A program made the position numbers and the translations under genes. Shown piece by piece: positions 26,899 through 41,499 of a stretch of 64,000 nt of DNA. The first letter of the stretch is position 1; each line of letters begins with the position of its first letter. Below the pieces are notes generated by a model. That model saw only the letters and a list, made by a program, of their open reading frames with translations. It did not search any database and was not told where the DNA came from. This DNA comes from Octopus vulgaris. Lineage: Eukaryota. Location of the stretch: the NCBI GenBank assembly GCA_951406725.2, contig OX597832.1, positions 50,654,001 to 50,718,000 on the forward strand, written 5' to 3'.

Positions 26899-27460
26899 GA
26901 GTGAGAGAGCAGTGCATGCCATCAAAGTGACACTGGGGTACAAATATACGAAGCCCAGTATACCCATCATGACTACCTGTCTGATATGGGTGCACTAGGC
27001 ACATGCATCACAACCATATGTGCGCGACATAGTGATCTCATATCAAGATAAACAGCGCATGACCTTGCAGGTGGAGCCCAGTTAGAATTTTTTTCAGGTT
27101 GGGTAGCCCATCTCGCTCAAAAGTTCCCTGAATAAGGATTGTTTAAGGATGTTGAACGAACCACCCATGTTTCCAAAGGTGAATTATCTAAACCTCCAAG
27201 AATTCCTTTCAACACATGGCTATGATGCTCCCCCACTACTTCTGCTCGTGATCAGAGATGCACATATCGTCAGCCACTAAGGGACATGCTCAACTGGTTA
27301 AGGTCAAACAACTGACAAGCAAATCTGTGGTTTTGAGCAGAATAATATTTGCTGTAGCCCATCTTTTATACCAAGACAAAACAATGTACATGATAACACT
27401 TCCAATCAGTTAAGATGAGAAGGCACGAGAGCCACTGTCTGATATTGCATCGGGGCATTT
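26899..27460 (-). mobile_element. ~560-bp non-coding repeat flanked by (TAA)n on both sides
   Basis: Homologous pieces at ~5115-5260 and 33490-33775. Confidence 0.7.
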
Positions 27461-27491
27461 ATTATTATTGTTGTTATTATTATTATTATCA

Positions 27492-27547
<56 letters not shown>

Positions 27548-27560
27548 ATTATTATTATTA

Positions 27561-27628
<68 letters not shown>
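27460..27628. repeat. (TTA)n microsatellite
   Basis: Direct reading. Confidence 0.97.
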
Positions 27629-27630
<2 letters not shown>

Positions 27631-27968
27631 GGCGGGATTGGTCTGTTGTTAAACGAAAACTTCGAGAAAGTAGCAAAATTTTTTGCGAATTGTAATTTTA
27701 ATATGTTTTTGAGTTGGATGTATTCCGCAGTCTTTGCTACTGAGTCAGCTAAATTTGGAGACACTCGTATTTAGCGGTGGTTTGTTTACATTATTTTTTA
27801 CGCCTCTTCTGGCAGATTTTGATCCATTTTCAGTGTTTTGTGATGATCGAGGATCAGGTATGTATGTATGTATGTATGTATGTATGTATGTATGTATGTA
27901 TGTATGTATGTATGTATGTATGTATGTATGTATGTATGTATGTATGTATATAATATATATATGTATGT

Positions 27969-28295
27969 GGAGGCGCAATGGCCCAGTGGTTAGGGCAGCG
28001 GACTCGCGGTTTCGATTCCCAGACCGCGAGGCTCCGGCAGGGATGGTGGTGATCCCTGCTGTACTCTTTCACCATAACTTTCTCTCACTCTTACTTCCTG
28101 TTTCTGTTGTACCTGTATTTCAAAGGGCCGGCCTTATCACTCTCTGTGTCACGCTGAATATCCCCGAGAACTACGTTAAGGGCACACGTGTCTGTGGAGT
28201 GCTCAGCCACTTACACGTTAATTTCACGAGCAGGCTGTTCCGTTGATCGGATCAACCGGAACCCTCGTCGTCGTAACCGACGGAGTGCTTCCATC
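27969..28295 (+). mobile_element. SINE family C with internal deletions
   Basis: Reverse complement of 24008-24378. Confidence 0.85.
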
Positions 28296-28734
28296 CCATA
28301 TATATATATATATATATATATAGGTATAAAAATTATATATAAAAAGGGACAAGAACGTGAAATACACAAAAAGACGACACAAAAAACGGACGGGTCATTC
28401 GAAGCCTTTTACCTTCAGTCAGGAACCGGATCATCATAGCAAATTTCGGCTGATTAATCCTGATATTGCTACGAAACGGCCAGCCCCAATGAAAAACTAA
28501 GCTGCGAGCATTAGGTTTCTTGGAAAAAGGATCGAATGTAAAGGAAACAAGGACAGAAAAACGGAAGAAGCCACACGAATATAAATACAAAAACAAAAAC
28601 AAAAATAAAAACAAGAATGGTAATAACAGGACAACAGCAGGTGTCGTCCGCCGAAAAGGCACCTTTTTAAAACACGCCTGGTAGATAAGTTAAATTTGTC
28701 TAAAGTCATAAATATATATATACATGTATGTATA

Positions 28735-28778
<44 letters not shown>

Positions 28779-28871
28779 GTTAATCCAAACATGAAAACAC
28801 AACAACGCGAGGACGTGGAACAAATCAAATATAGTATTATTGGACGCTCAGAAAGGAAGGGAAGAAGGAGG

Positions 28872-28905
28872 GTTTTACGTTTCGAGCGGCGCTCTTCGTC
28901 AGAAA

Positions 28906-28906
<1 letters not shown>
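28872..28906 (-). ncRNA. Minimal hammerhead motif (H1)
   Basis: UUU-CUGACGA-A-GAGC(GCC)GCUC-GAAAC-GUA-AAA. Confidence 0.65.
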
Positions 28907-28958
<52 letters not shown>

Positions 28959-29053
28959 AGGGTTTAGAGAGAGAGAGAGAGAGAGACAGGTTTATGAAAA
29001 AAACAAAAGACGAAGACAGATGTATTAGTATAACGCTCAGGAATAGAAAAAGT

Positions 29054-29089
29054 CTTTTACGCTTCGAGCCTATGCTCTTCTACAGAAAG
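29054..29089 (-). ncRNA. Degenerate variant hammerhead motif (H2)
   Basis: CUUU-CUGUAGA-A-GAGC(AUAG)GCUC-GAAGC-GUA-AAAG. Confidence 0.4.
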
Positions 29090-29131
29090 GGACATAGAAA
29101 AAACAAGGAGAGAAAAAAATGTGTGTAGTGG

Positions 29132-29190
<59 letters not shown>

Positions 29191-29332
29191 AAATGAAAAC
29201 AAATGCTTAAACCATAAACAACCCACACACCATGCAGGAACACAAGCTTATAATGTTACATTTGCACGCATACTTGAGCTCATCACCAACATATAGTGTT
29301 CTGAAAATCTTTGTCAAATCAGTCAGTCAGTT

Positions 29333-29377
<45 letters not shown>

Positions 29378-29469
29378 ATCAATCAATCAATCAATTACTT
29401 GAATTAATTAATGATGAACAATAGTGGCAGCGGCAGCAGTACCACCTCCGCCATCATCAAAACAACAAC

Positions 29470-29735
<266 letters not shown>

Positions 29736-29854
29736 GTTTTTATTGCCAGAAGACCTCACCAAACTCCCAAAGCACACGCGCACGTACGCGCTTACACACA
29801 CATTTACATGTATGAACGAATGTCAATCTCTATATGTCTGTCTGCATGTATATA

Positions 29855-29923
<69 letters not shown>

Positions 29924-31038
29924 GTGTACGTGTGCGTGTGTGTATGCGTGCGTGCATGTGTGCGTGCGTGTGCTTGTGTGTGTAAGATAAATAGTAACAG
30001 CGTAGCGTATGCAATCATACATAAACGTACTCAACAATATACTATAGAGCAGAATAGATTTTATTCAAAACTGATTTTGCGTGCGAGTCACTATTCTTAG
30101 ATTCACACATTCAATTCTCGGATGACTGGTTATGATGTCTTTTTAGCTTGTTTATATATTCACCGGCTAGAATTGTTCCACCCGTGTTCACTTGTTTTCA
30201 GTGGGAAATAAGCAGTCCTAATCTCTCTCTCTCTTTCTCCCTATCCCTCTCTCCAATTTGTTAAGTTACGGGTCACTTTTATTGGTGTCAAGCACTTTCT
30301 GGCAAGCTACAACAGGAAAGGGAAGGGAATGTCTGTGCTGAGAAAGGTGAAGATAAAATATTATAAAGACAAACAAATTAGGTACATTGATAAGTGGGAG
30401 GCAGAGAAAGGTATAGTTAGCAGTTACTCAGCAATCATGCGTGTAGACAGGGAAATATAGGAAAGGGGTCGAATAAATTGTGAGAGAGGATAATGTATCC
30501 TGTGTGAGTAGTAAAGTAGGAGTGTAAGGGTGAGAGAATAACAGAGGCAATGCGATAAAATAACAGAGGTATAAAGAGCGAGTTAATGATAAATAAAGTG
30601 GAAGGATGACGTGTGTGTGTGTGTGTGTGTGCGTGCGCGCGCCTTTGTGTAAGAAGGAAGAGTAGATATGCGGGAAAATTTTGACTGAGAAGAAAAGAAA
30701 AAAAAGGGAGGGAACTGTATGTAGATAGAAAAGAAAGGAAGGGAAGAAATAATGAAGTATGTGAGTGAGCGAGCACGAACAATAAAGAGGAGCGGGAGGG
30801 TGAGAGTATAAAAGCAAGGAAGTGGAAAGCTGACCTTTTAACTATACGAGAGATCAAAACAGATAGGAAAACTCTCAGTCAAGAAGATGGTTATCAGAAT
30901 ACGAACACAACCGACGTGAATTCAGTGAAAACGACGATGAGAAACTTACGATGAAACAAGAAGCTCGAAGTAACAAGGAAAAGAATAAGTGAAAGGAAAT
31001 CAAATGAAGCGCAAGAAGGGAATGGAGTGAAATTTTAA

Positions 31039-31712
31039 CCGTTTCGGTACCAACCCGGCTGAAACCACCCCTGGCTCGGTAGTACAAATGTGTTTTTTTT
31101 TTTTCATAAGTTTTGAATTAAAATCTTCCACCAAACTTTAGTCACAATTCATATTCCTAACACTAGCTTAGTGATAATTAAATTTTACTAAATTCTTTGG
31201 GATCTTTTCGGTTTGAACGGCAGTTTTTTAAAATAATTTCCATGTAACTAAACACTTTTAAACTTCGTATACTGGTAGGATGTGTTTATAAAACATCTTT
31301 TTCTCTTGGCTTTATTGAGAAGATTCTATGGTTTGTAAGATATTTGTTGGTTTTTTTTGTCTTCAATTTCTGCAATTTCAACCAATCAATGACGTCTATT
31401 GAGGTGAAAACATTCTGTGCCGTATGAACATGTCCCTCGTTTAAGAAACAGATTGGGTTTATTTACATTTCTGAAGAAAAAAAGATACCCTTCCCCCCAC
31501 CCCTAACCCTAACCCTAAACCTAACTAACCCTAATCCTAAAACAGATTGAAATGCAATAAATCGATACAAGGGTTATAATTATGGGTGACAATTTCATAT
31601 GACACCGCTAGAAAAAACTGCCGTTCAAACCGAAACGATCCATTCTTTGTTATATTTAAAATTAATTGAAAGAAACACAGAGCATCTCAAAATAAATACG
31701 GCAATGAAAGGG
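31039..31712. mobile_element. piggyBac-like MITE (family P1) interrupted by MITE M1
   Basis: TTAA|CCGTTTCGGTACC...GGCAATGAAAGGG|TTAA; body is the reverse complement of 60432-60815. Confidence 0.75.
31200..31641 (+). mobile_element. MITE M1, complete, TSD ATTCTTTG
   Basis: TIRs and identical 8-bp flanks. Confidence 0.93.
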
Positions 31713-31796
31713 TTAACCAATTACTGAATTACTAAACACCGTCGTTTTTGACGGGCACTACGCAAGTGTGTGGGTGCACACACACACACATGTACA

Positions 31797-31978
31797 GTAT
31801 GTATGTATGTATGTATGTATGTATGTATGTATGTATGTATGTATGTATGTATGTATGTGTGTATGTATGTATGTATATATGTATGTATGTATGTGTGTGT
31901 ACGTGTGTACGTATGTATGTATGTATGTATGTATGTATGTGTGTGTATGTATGTATGTATGTATGTATGTAATGTATG

Positions 31979-32012
<34 letters not shown>

Positions 32013-32112
32013 TGTATGTATGTATGTATGTATGTATGTATGTATGTATGTATGTATGTGTGTATGTATGTATGTATGTATGTATGTATGTATGTATGTA
32101 TGTATGTATGTA
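31797..32112. repeat. (TATG)n microsatellite
   Basis: Direct reading. Confidence 0.97.
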
Positions 32113-32206
32113 TTCTACTAGTAATGCAACATTTAACATTATGTTAATAACTGGATGTTAAATGTTGCTTCACTAATGGGAGACGTAATGTGTGTTTGCG
32201 TTTGTT

Positions 32207-32258
<52 letters not shown>

Positions 32259-32356
32259 TGTTTGTGTGCGTGTGTGTGTGGGCGCGTGTGTGTGTGTGTG
32301 TGCGTAACAATAACAATTATATACAGCTAACTACCAGCCTGGATCCCGATCAACAG

Positions 32357-32397
<41 letters not shown>

Positions 32398-32401
32398 TAT
32401 G

Positions 32402-32433
<32 letters not shown>

Positions 32434-32569
32434 TGTATGTATGTATGTATGTATATACATGAATAAAATAGGTTACACATTCCGTCATTGTTTTTGACCT
32501 GAAGCTGGAGTCTGCAGTAACATAGCAACAGGGCCATATTCCAAAAATATGAGAGCACCACCAAAAATA

Positions 32570-32834
32570 TCACCATCATCACCATTACCGCCATCAGCAG
32601 CAGCAGTAGCACCCCACCACCACCACCACCACCACCACCACCAGCATCACTACTATCACCATCATCATCACCACCATCACTATAACCATCTCTACTGCCA
32701 TCCCCACCACCACCACTGCTTCCACCGTCGCCGCCGCCGCCGCTACCACCACCGCCACCACCACCACCACCACCACCACTACCACCACCACCACCACCAC
32801 CACCACCACCACCACCACCACCACCACCAGCAGC

Positions 32835-32868
<34 letters not shown>

Positions 32869-32878
32869 TCAACAACAA
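32570..32878. repeat. CAC, CAT and CAA trinucleotide array
   Basis: Direct reading. Confidence 0.95.
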
Positions 32879-32884
32879 ATTTTT

Positions 32885-33090
32885 CCACAAGGCCAGCAGT
32901 TCTGGGGGAGGAGATGAATTGATTACATCGACCCCCCCAGTATTAAACTGGTACTTACTTTATCGACCCAGAAAAAAAAAATTAAAGGCAAAGTCGACCT
33001 CGACGGAATATGAACTCAGAACGTAGCGACGGACGAAATACCGCAAAGCATTTCATCCAGCGCGTTAATGATTCTTCCAGCTCGCCGCCG
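32885..33090 (-). mobile_element. Diverged SINE B
   Basis: GGCAAAGTCGACCTCG...CCAGCTCGCCGCC. Confidence 0.75.
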
Positions 33091-33101
33091 TAATAATAAT
33101 G

Positions 33102-33173
<72 letters not shown>

Positions 33174-33175
<2 letters not shown>

Positions 33176-33415
33176 GTGCTCATGGGAACTGCTCATATCC
33201 TACGCAAAATACTTTCTATGTAATCTCAAGTTTTAAAACAAACACATGATTTTCTTATGGTTTCTTAAACGTTCTCTAGAACAAAACTATGTACAAAACC
33301 AAATATATGGCACCCTAGGCATAGCACCAACGTGAACTTCCAACTTGTCTCTTTGAGGTCTCTGGGTGAGACTTGGTGCCAACTTGTACAAATGTAAAGC
33401 AAAAGTAAAACATAA

Positions 33416-33418
<3 letters not shown>
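33174..33418 (+). mobile_element. 3' end of a Dong/R4-like non-LTR retrotransposon within (TAA)n
   Basis: Encodes KVLMGTAHILRKILSM*, resembling the R4/Dong C-terminus; long (TAA)n on both sides. Confidence 0.7.
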
Positions 33419-33490
<72 letters not shown>

Positions 33491-34109
33491 GATGGGCTAC
33501 AGAAAATATTCTGCTTAATACCACAGATTTGCTTGTCAGTTGTTTGATCTTAACCAATTGAGCATGTCCCTTAGTGGCTGACAATATGCGCATCTCTGAT
33601 CACGAGCAGAAAAAGTGAGGGAGCATCATTGCCATGTGTTGAGAGGAATTCTTTGGGGTTTGAATAATTCACCGCTGGAAACATGGGTGTTTTGTTTATC
33701 ATCCTTAGACAACATTTATTCAGGGACCTTTTGAGTGGGATGGGCAACTCAACTTGAAGAAAATTCTAACTGCATGATCATGCGTTATTTTACATTAATA
33801 TGAGACCACCTTGTCGCGCATTCAGCTCATTTAATCTCATCCACCACACAACCTCTTTTGCTAAGACCATTCGGCAAAGAAACATTGTCGGTCCTTCCTG
33901 GCCAAAGGATGGTGGCGACACGATCTTCACAATGGATCAGTCGATAGCCGGATCTGTCCTGTATGTGACAGCAGGTGTTCAACATAAACCCACAAGTCAG
34001 CACTGGGCGAGAGCGTACACAACAGTTTCGTTGCTTTGCGCGCATCTTGAGCAAGCCCTGCTGACGGCACTTCCATACCTGAAGAGTTTATTCCGAACCG
34101 ACAATGTCT

Positions 34110-34380
34110 CCCAGTACCACTCCCAGTAGATCACCAAGCATAGATTGGCATATTTCGGTCATTATGCGGAGAAAATCCCTGGAGAAGGACATCATGCTCA
34201 GAATGGTCAGTGGCAAGAGAGGAAGAGGCCGACCAAGAACCCGCTGGCTTGACACCATCAAGAGTGATACCGGAATGGACAAAGCCAATCTGAAAGAAGC
34301 GGCCCGGGATAGAACTGACTGGAGGACACTGATCCAACGAGTGACCGAGAGTCGACTTCGACTGAGCGGATAGAGAGAGC
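34110..34380 (+). pseudogene. 3' end of an RTE-clade LINE
   Basis: IMRRKSLEKDIMLRMVSGKRGRGRPRTRWLDTIK...DRTDWRTLIQRVTESRLRL* is a typical RTE/BovB-like C-terminus; flanked by an older GC-richer, LINE-like tract (33800-34850). Confidence 0.85.
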
Positions 34381-34901
34381 ACTGCCAAACTATGGATTTC
34401 TGGAAATTATCTGTAGGCTCCGGCCTGGAAGTCCTCCGGAACAGACCAGCCAATTGATTTTCGTCGGCGTTCAGAATCACCCGAAAACGTCGTTGCATTT
34501 GCCCGGCTGACAGTGGACTCTGAGTACCTGACGATACCAGGTATCAGCGCCCTGCCTCTGTCTACGCTTGATCCAAGACTACGGCTCAGTCAGAGACGAG
34601 CTGTGAAAAATCCTGTCTGACAAACGGCGACCACGCCTGTTCATTGTCAAGAAAGCGCTGGAGATGTTGCAAACCCCAGTGCATATCTGCGCATCAGTAG
34701 CCGCGGCATGCCCAGCCCTTCACTAGCGGGTGTTGAGAGCAAATAGAGAGCCTGGCCAGTGGAATGCGTCCCTTCAAAGAGGAAGAGTATTCGGTCCAGT
34801 TTGGTCAGATGTAAACTGAAGCAAAGCACGACGGACAGGCCGAAATAACATCAACAAAACACAAACAATCTGAAGTACCTCACGTGGCTCAAAGACTTTT
34901 C

Positions 34902-35330
34902 GGATCTTTTCGGTTTGAACGGCAGTTTTTTAAAATAATTTCCACATAACTAAACACTTTTAAACTTCGTATACTAGTAGAATGTGTTTATAAAACATCT
35001 TTTTCTCTTAGCTTTATTGAGAAAATTCTATACTTTGTAAGATATTTGTTGTTTTTCTTCTTCAATTTCTGCAATTTCAACCAATCAATGACCGTCTATT
35101 GAGGTGAAAACATTCTGTGCCGTATGAATATGTCCCTCGTTTAAGAAACAGATTGGGTTTATTTAATCTCTGAAGAAAAAAGATACTTCCCCCACCCATA
35201 GCCCTAACCCTAACTAACCCTAACCCTAAAACAGATTGAAATGCAATAGATCGATACTAGGGTCATAATTATGGGTGACAATTTCATATGACGCCGCTAG
35301 AAAAAACTGCCGTTCAAACCGAAAAGATCC
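34902..35330 (+). mobile_element. MITE M1, complete, TSD GACTTTTC
   Basis: TIRs and identical 8-bp flanks. Confidence 0.93.
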
Positions 35331-35486
35331 GACTTTTCACCTTCTGTCCATGTTACCCAATTCTGTTTCTTAATCCTACAGGTGCCAGCCATTCTGTTGT
35401 CCATTGTTGCCATTCGTTACTTCACCATAATCTAGGGTACCATTTCTTTTTAACTCCAAAATATTTCATCATTATCTTCGACGTTG

Positions 35487-36575
<1,089 letters not shown>

Positions 36576-36827
36576 CAATAACAACTTGAACAGTTCGAGG
36601 TTTGTGAGAGACCACCTGCATTCAAAAGTATGTAGGACTGTAATCTTAGTTGCCACATATACGTTGAAATGTACTCTTTCACTGTTACTCTATGTTGCTT
36701 GCTTTTCGCGTTATTCTATGACAAAATATAAACAATCGCTACACACGCACAGACACATACAATCATTACATACACACACAAACTCATATATATATATATA
36801 CACACACACAAACGTGTGCATATATCC

Positions 36828-36890
<63 letters not shown>

Positions 36891-36892
36891 AA

Positions 36893-37100
36893 GTTAATCC
36901 AAACATGAAAACACAAAGAGAAAACAGAACAACGCGAGGACGTGGAACAAATATAGTGTTATTGGATGCTCAGGAAAGAAGGAAAGAAGGAGGGTTTAAC
37001 GTTTCGAGCGGAGCTCTTCGTCAGAAACATAGGAAAAGGAAAGATCCAAAGAAGGGAAGACGGAGGAAAAAAAATCGCCAACGGTACACATGCAGTCACA
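36893..37100 (-). mobile_element. Penelope-like fragment H1
   Basis: Reverse complement of 7420-7635; TA-flanked. Confidence 0.65.
36994..37028 (-). ncRNA. Minimal hammerhead motif (H1)
   Basis: GUUU-CUGACGA-A-GAGC(UCC)GCUC-GAAAC-GUU-AAAC. Confidence 0.7.
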
Positions 37101-37150
37101 TTTTGAATGTATATATTTTGAATATATATATATATACCTAGTTATCTACC

Positions 37151-37241
<91 letters not shown>

Positions 37242-37718
37242 CTATATATACCTATCTATCTAACTATCTATCTATCTGTCTGTCTGCCTATCTGTCTGTC
37301 TAATATTTGTCCACTAATTTTTCACAAGCCCATTCTAAAAGAAAATCAGGTACTCTCATGACAGAGTGGGTATGTATTTTGGATAATAATTCAGTGCCAA
37401 AGCAGCCAACTAATGTTATCAAATTTTGCATGCTAAAAACTTTTCAGAAGTGGAGAGGTAAATTTGCAATCGTTAGATATGGTTGAATCAAAAAAATATA
37501 ACTCAGACTCTTTACCGTTGGAGGCTTGAAGACGCCATATCCAGTTTAAACGTCTCTGAGATGTAAGAAAAAAATAACAAAAACAAAAACGGAACGAAAC
37601 TCATGGTTGAAAGAACACAATCAGAATAAAGAAGAAAATGAACAAGGCTGACTCTTATGCCCATCAGTTATGTTCTTTGGATTGTTCCCCCACCCACCTT
37701 TGTTTTAGAAGGTTGTTA

Positions 37719-38294
37719 GGATCTTTTCGGTTTGAACGGCAATTTTTTCTAGCGATGTCATATGAAATTGTCACCCATAATTATGACCCTAGTATCGACC
37801 TATTGCATTTCAATCTGTTTTAGGGTTAGGGTTACGAGTGGGGGGAAAGGTATCTTTTTTTTCTTCACAAATGTAAATAAACCCAATCTGTTTCTTAAAC
37901 GAGGGACATATTCATACGGCACAGAATGTTTTCACCTCAATAGACGGTCATTGATTGGTTGAAATTGCAGAAATTGAAGAAAAAAACAACAACAAATATC
38001 TTACAAAGTATAGAATTTTCTCAATAAAGCCAAGAGGAAAAGATGTTTTATAAACATATTCTACCAGTATACGAAGTTTAAATTCTTTTAGTTACCTAGA
38101 AATTATTTTAAAAAACTGCCGATCAAACCGAAAAGATGTTAAAAAACTGCCGTTCAAACCGAAAAGATGTTAAAAAACTGCCGTTCAAACCGAAAAGATG
38201 TTAAAAATCTGCCGTTCAAACCGAAAAGATGTTAAAAAACTGCCGATCAAACCGAAAAGATGTTAAAAAACTGCCGTTCAAACCGAAAAGATCC
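37719..38294 (-). mobile_element. MITE M1 with six tandem copies of one TIR
   Basis: 31-bp unit x6 at 38108-38294; flanks GGTTGTTA / GCTTGTTA. Confidence 0.92.
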
Positions 38295-38992
38295 GCTTGT
38301 TAAAGCAGACGTTCACTAGCCTCAGTAAAGAGCGTTGAAGTTAGATCGTTGAGAAAACTTGATCACAAGCCATTCACACAACCGTTGCTGCTATCCAGGA
38401 AAGATTTTCTTAGAAAGTGGTTACAAAATTTGCAAAATAACACATTAAGGGTTTGAATTGTTTTGATGTCATCCTGGGTGTCGGCTGTTTCAGTCAGAGT
38501 GTAATTAAGACCTCAATTATGTATATATGTACGTTAGTACGTGCATCGAATGACACGGTCAATTCATTCTGCGTTGATGCGTACACGTATACGCTTTGTA
38601 TCGTTTTCTGAAGATTAGGTGTTGGGTAACAGCGTCAGTGGATTGGGTGGGGATGACCGGAGAGCGAGGAGAGACAAAGAAGGGCAAAAGTAGTTGTTTC
38701 TGAGCCTTGGCGCTAGAGGGGTGTTCGTAATTACATGATTAATTGAGTCCCTAAATCAGGGCCGTCTTAATAGTATTATAAACCCCTGAGCAAATCAGTG
38801 CACTGGATTCTATTGTATTATTTATTGACAAAAAGACACAAAGTTCATAGATCATAATTGAGCCCCTGGGCATCTACCCACACATCACAATTTCTTTCGA
38901 AATTTCAAATTTCATTTTTGTGTATATGTGACCCGTGTCAGTATGCATGCGTACGAGCCCAACACATTTGTCTTCACATTAAATTCCGATAA

Positions 38993-39173
38993 TAGGCGCA
39001 GGAGTGACTGTGTGGTAAGTAGCTTGCTTACCAACCACATGGTTCCGGGTTCAGTCCCACTGCGTGCCACCTTGGGCAAGTGTCTTCTACTATAGCCTCG
39101 GGCCGACCAAAGCCTTGTGAGTGTATTTGGTAGACGGAAACTGAAAGAAACCTGTCGTGTATATGTATATACA

Positions 39174-39250
<77 letters not shown>

Positions 39251-39475
39251 GTGTGTGTTTGTGTGTCTGTGTTTATCCTCCCAACATAGCTTGACAACCG
39301 ATGCTGTGCGTTCATGTCCCCGTAACTTAGCGGTTCGGCAAAAGGAACCGATAGAATAAGTACTAGGCTTACAAAGAATAAAGTTCTGGGGTCGATTTGC
39401 TCGACTAAAGGCGGTGCTCCAGCATGGCCGCAGTCAAATGACTGAAACAAGTAAAAGAATAAAAGAGAGTAAAGA
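38993..39475 (+). mobile_element. SINE family A
   Basis: Full-length match. Confidence 0.9.
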
Positions 39476-39760
39476 GTATATAACCGTAATTTACACTCTC
39501 AGAAAGGTACTTACAGAAACTTTTTTTTCAAAAAATTACCCATTTTTCTGAAAGTTATCTGTAACGAAAGCCTTCTCATGTGAATTTTCCGAAACTCCTT
39601 TACCCACCTCCGGGAAAATATTTTCACAACATAACCTGATTTAATCAGAAGCTACACCATCTAAAGCATATTTGTAGAAAAATTTCATTAAAAAATATCT
39701 ATTCTCTGGAATTTATGAGACATCTTCCAGAAGAATGAGTACACGTAGAATGTGTGTGTC

Positions 39761-39792
<32 letters not shown>

Positions 39793-39871
39793 TGTGTGTG
39801 TGTGTGTGTGTAGGGTTATACGACCGAACGTAAGGAGTTGGCGACAAATGTCTCCTTTTGAACGCCGCACG

Positions 39872-40385
39872 TTTCGAGTTTATTGACTCTTGTCGATGAG
39901 ATGTACCTAAGCGGGGCACCTCTGAACGAACTGAATAAAGCTTATAGGTATATGTATATATATAATTCAGTCAACACATTGACTGATTTGAGCTAGTAGA
40001 TCGCCCGATCGAGAAAAATATCAGAGTAAGGGCGCAAAGCAGTGTTTACGTATAATCACAACTTAACTTAGGTTAGCTGGAAAATGTTTGTCACATATTT
40101 CAACTGCTAAAGGCAAATACGCTGCAGTTACAATGAATTATATATAAATCTGTAAGCTTTATTCAGTTCGTTCAGAGTTGCCTCTCTTGGGTACATCTCA
40201 TCGACAAGAGTCAATAATCTCGAAATGTCGATGTCTGAGATTCACGAGAGAGGGCGACACTGAACGAACTGGGTGTTTTCACAACTTTTTACCATAAGAG
40301 AGATTTTTCTCCACAGTAGCTGCAATGTTTTTGCCTTTAGCAGTTGAATTATGTGACAAACATATTTCAACAACTAACCTAAATT

Positions 40386-40392
<7 letters not shown>
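39872..40392. repeat. Two interleaved inverted-repeat pairs
   Basis: 39872-39946 vs 40153-40225, and ~40050-40135 vs ~40312-40392. Confidence 0.8.
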
Positions 40393-40444
<52 letters not shown>

Positions 40445-40542
40445 AGAATTCACAAAAACAAAAAAAAAAAGACCAAAAGACGAAGACTGGTGGTGTAGAC
40501 AACAAACAGATGTATTAGTATAACGCTCGGGAAGTGAAAAAG

Positions 40543-40580
40543 TCTTTAACGTTTCGAGCCTACGTTCTTCCACAGAAAGA
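40543..40580 (-). ncRNA. Variant hammerhead motif (H2) in TA-flanked element 40441-40630
   Basis: UCUUU-CUGUGGA-A-GAAC(GUAG)GCUC-GAAAC-GUU-AAAGA. Confidence 0.45.
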
Positions 40581-40652
40581 AACACAAAAAGAAACAAGGA
40601 GAGAAAATAAAGAATGTGTAGTGGCTATCGATCTATCATGGCGAAATGTGCG

Positions 40653-40736
<84 letters not shown>

Positions 40737-40742
40737 TACATA

Positions 40743-41275
40743 TCTATAGCTATAAAAGACAGGATGTGTGTGTGTGTGTACGTAAATGTACTTTATGCAC
40801 GTCCATAAATTAGCACGCACGTTGCTCCAATTTTTGACGGACATTGGTCACGACCTTGGCTGTGCTTTTGTCAGCTTATTTTCCCCAAGGCACCCTCAGA
40901 TAGAAGTAAAAATAGCTTTTCAACCATAACTTTTACCAGTTTTCACGTTGGTGAAATCCGTAAGCTTGCTAACATTAGTTAAGTCCTCTGTCTTATAGAT
41001 TAATTCACCCTACTACAATGACTCCGAAAAAAAAAATTAGATTTGGATTACGTAAGCAATCTCAGCGTAGGAAAAAAGCAAGAGCTGAAGAGACTAACTA
41101 TCAGTAGACCCATTAGTAAAATATTATAACTTTTTGGCCTGAAACCTAGCAATAAGATCTTGCGGATATTCCGCTACAAAACATTCAATAATATTGAAGC
41201 AGTAACTTTCATAAATCAGGGTATAAGTTTTGAAGACTCTTTCTGAACCCAGTCAACGACGGGTATTTCTGCTAG
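40743..41275 (+). mobile_element. Non-autonomous Helitron-like element
   Basis: A|TCTATAGCTATAAAAG start; hairpin CCCAGTCAACGACGGG then TATTTCTGCTAG|T end. Confidence 0.65.
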
Positions 41276-41301
41276 TATATATCTATATCTATATTTATTT
41301 A

Positions 41302-41395
<94 letters not shown>

Positions 41396-41499
41396 AATTA
41401 AATTAAATATGAATATCAATATGAATATCAATATGAATATCAATATCAATGTACCTCCTCTGATATTCATATTTAATTTAATTTAGTTTGTACTTCATA

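Larger units (their letters stand above)
28330..29135 (-). mobile_element. Stack of three (TA)n-separated Penelope-like fragments (H3, H1, H2)
   Basis: Segments match 17967-18170, 7500-7635 and 14100-14272/40441-40630. Confidence 0.6.

Noticed and set aside
38108-38294. CRISPR-like array of 31-bp repeats
   Set aside because: No spacers, the unit is a MITE TIR, and the context is eukaryotic
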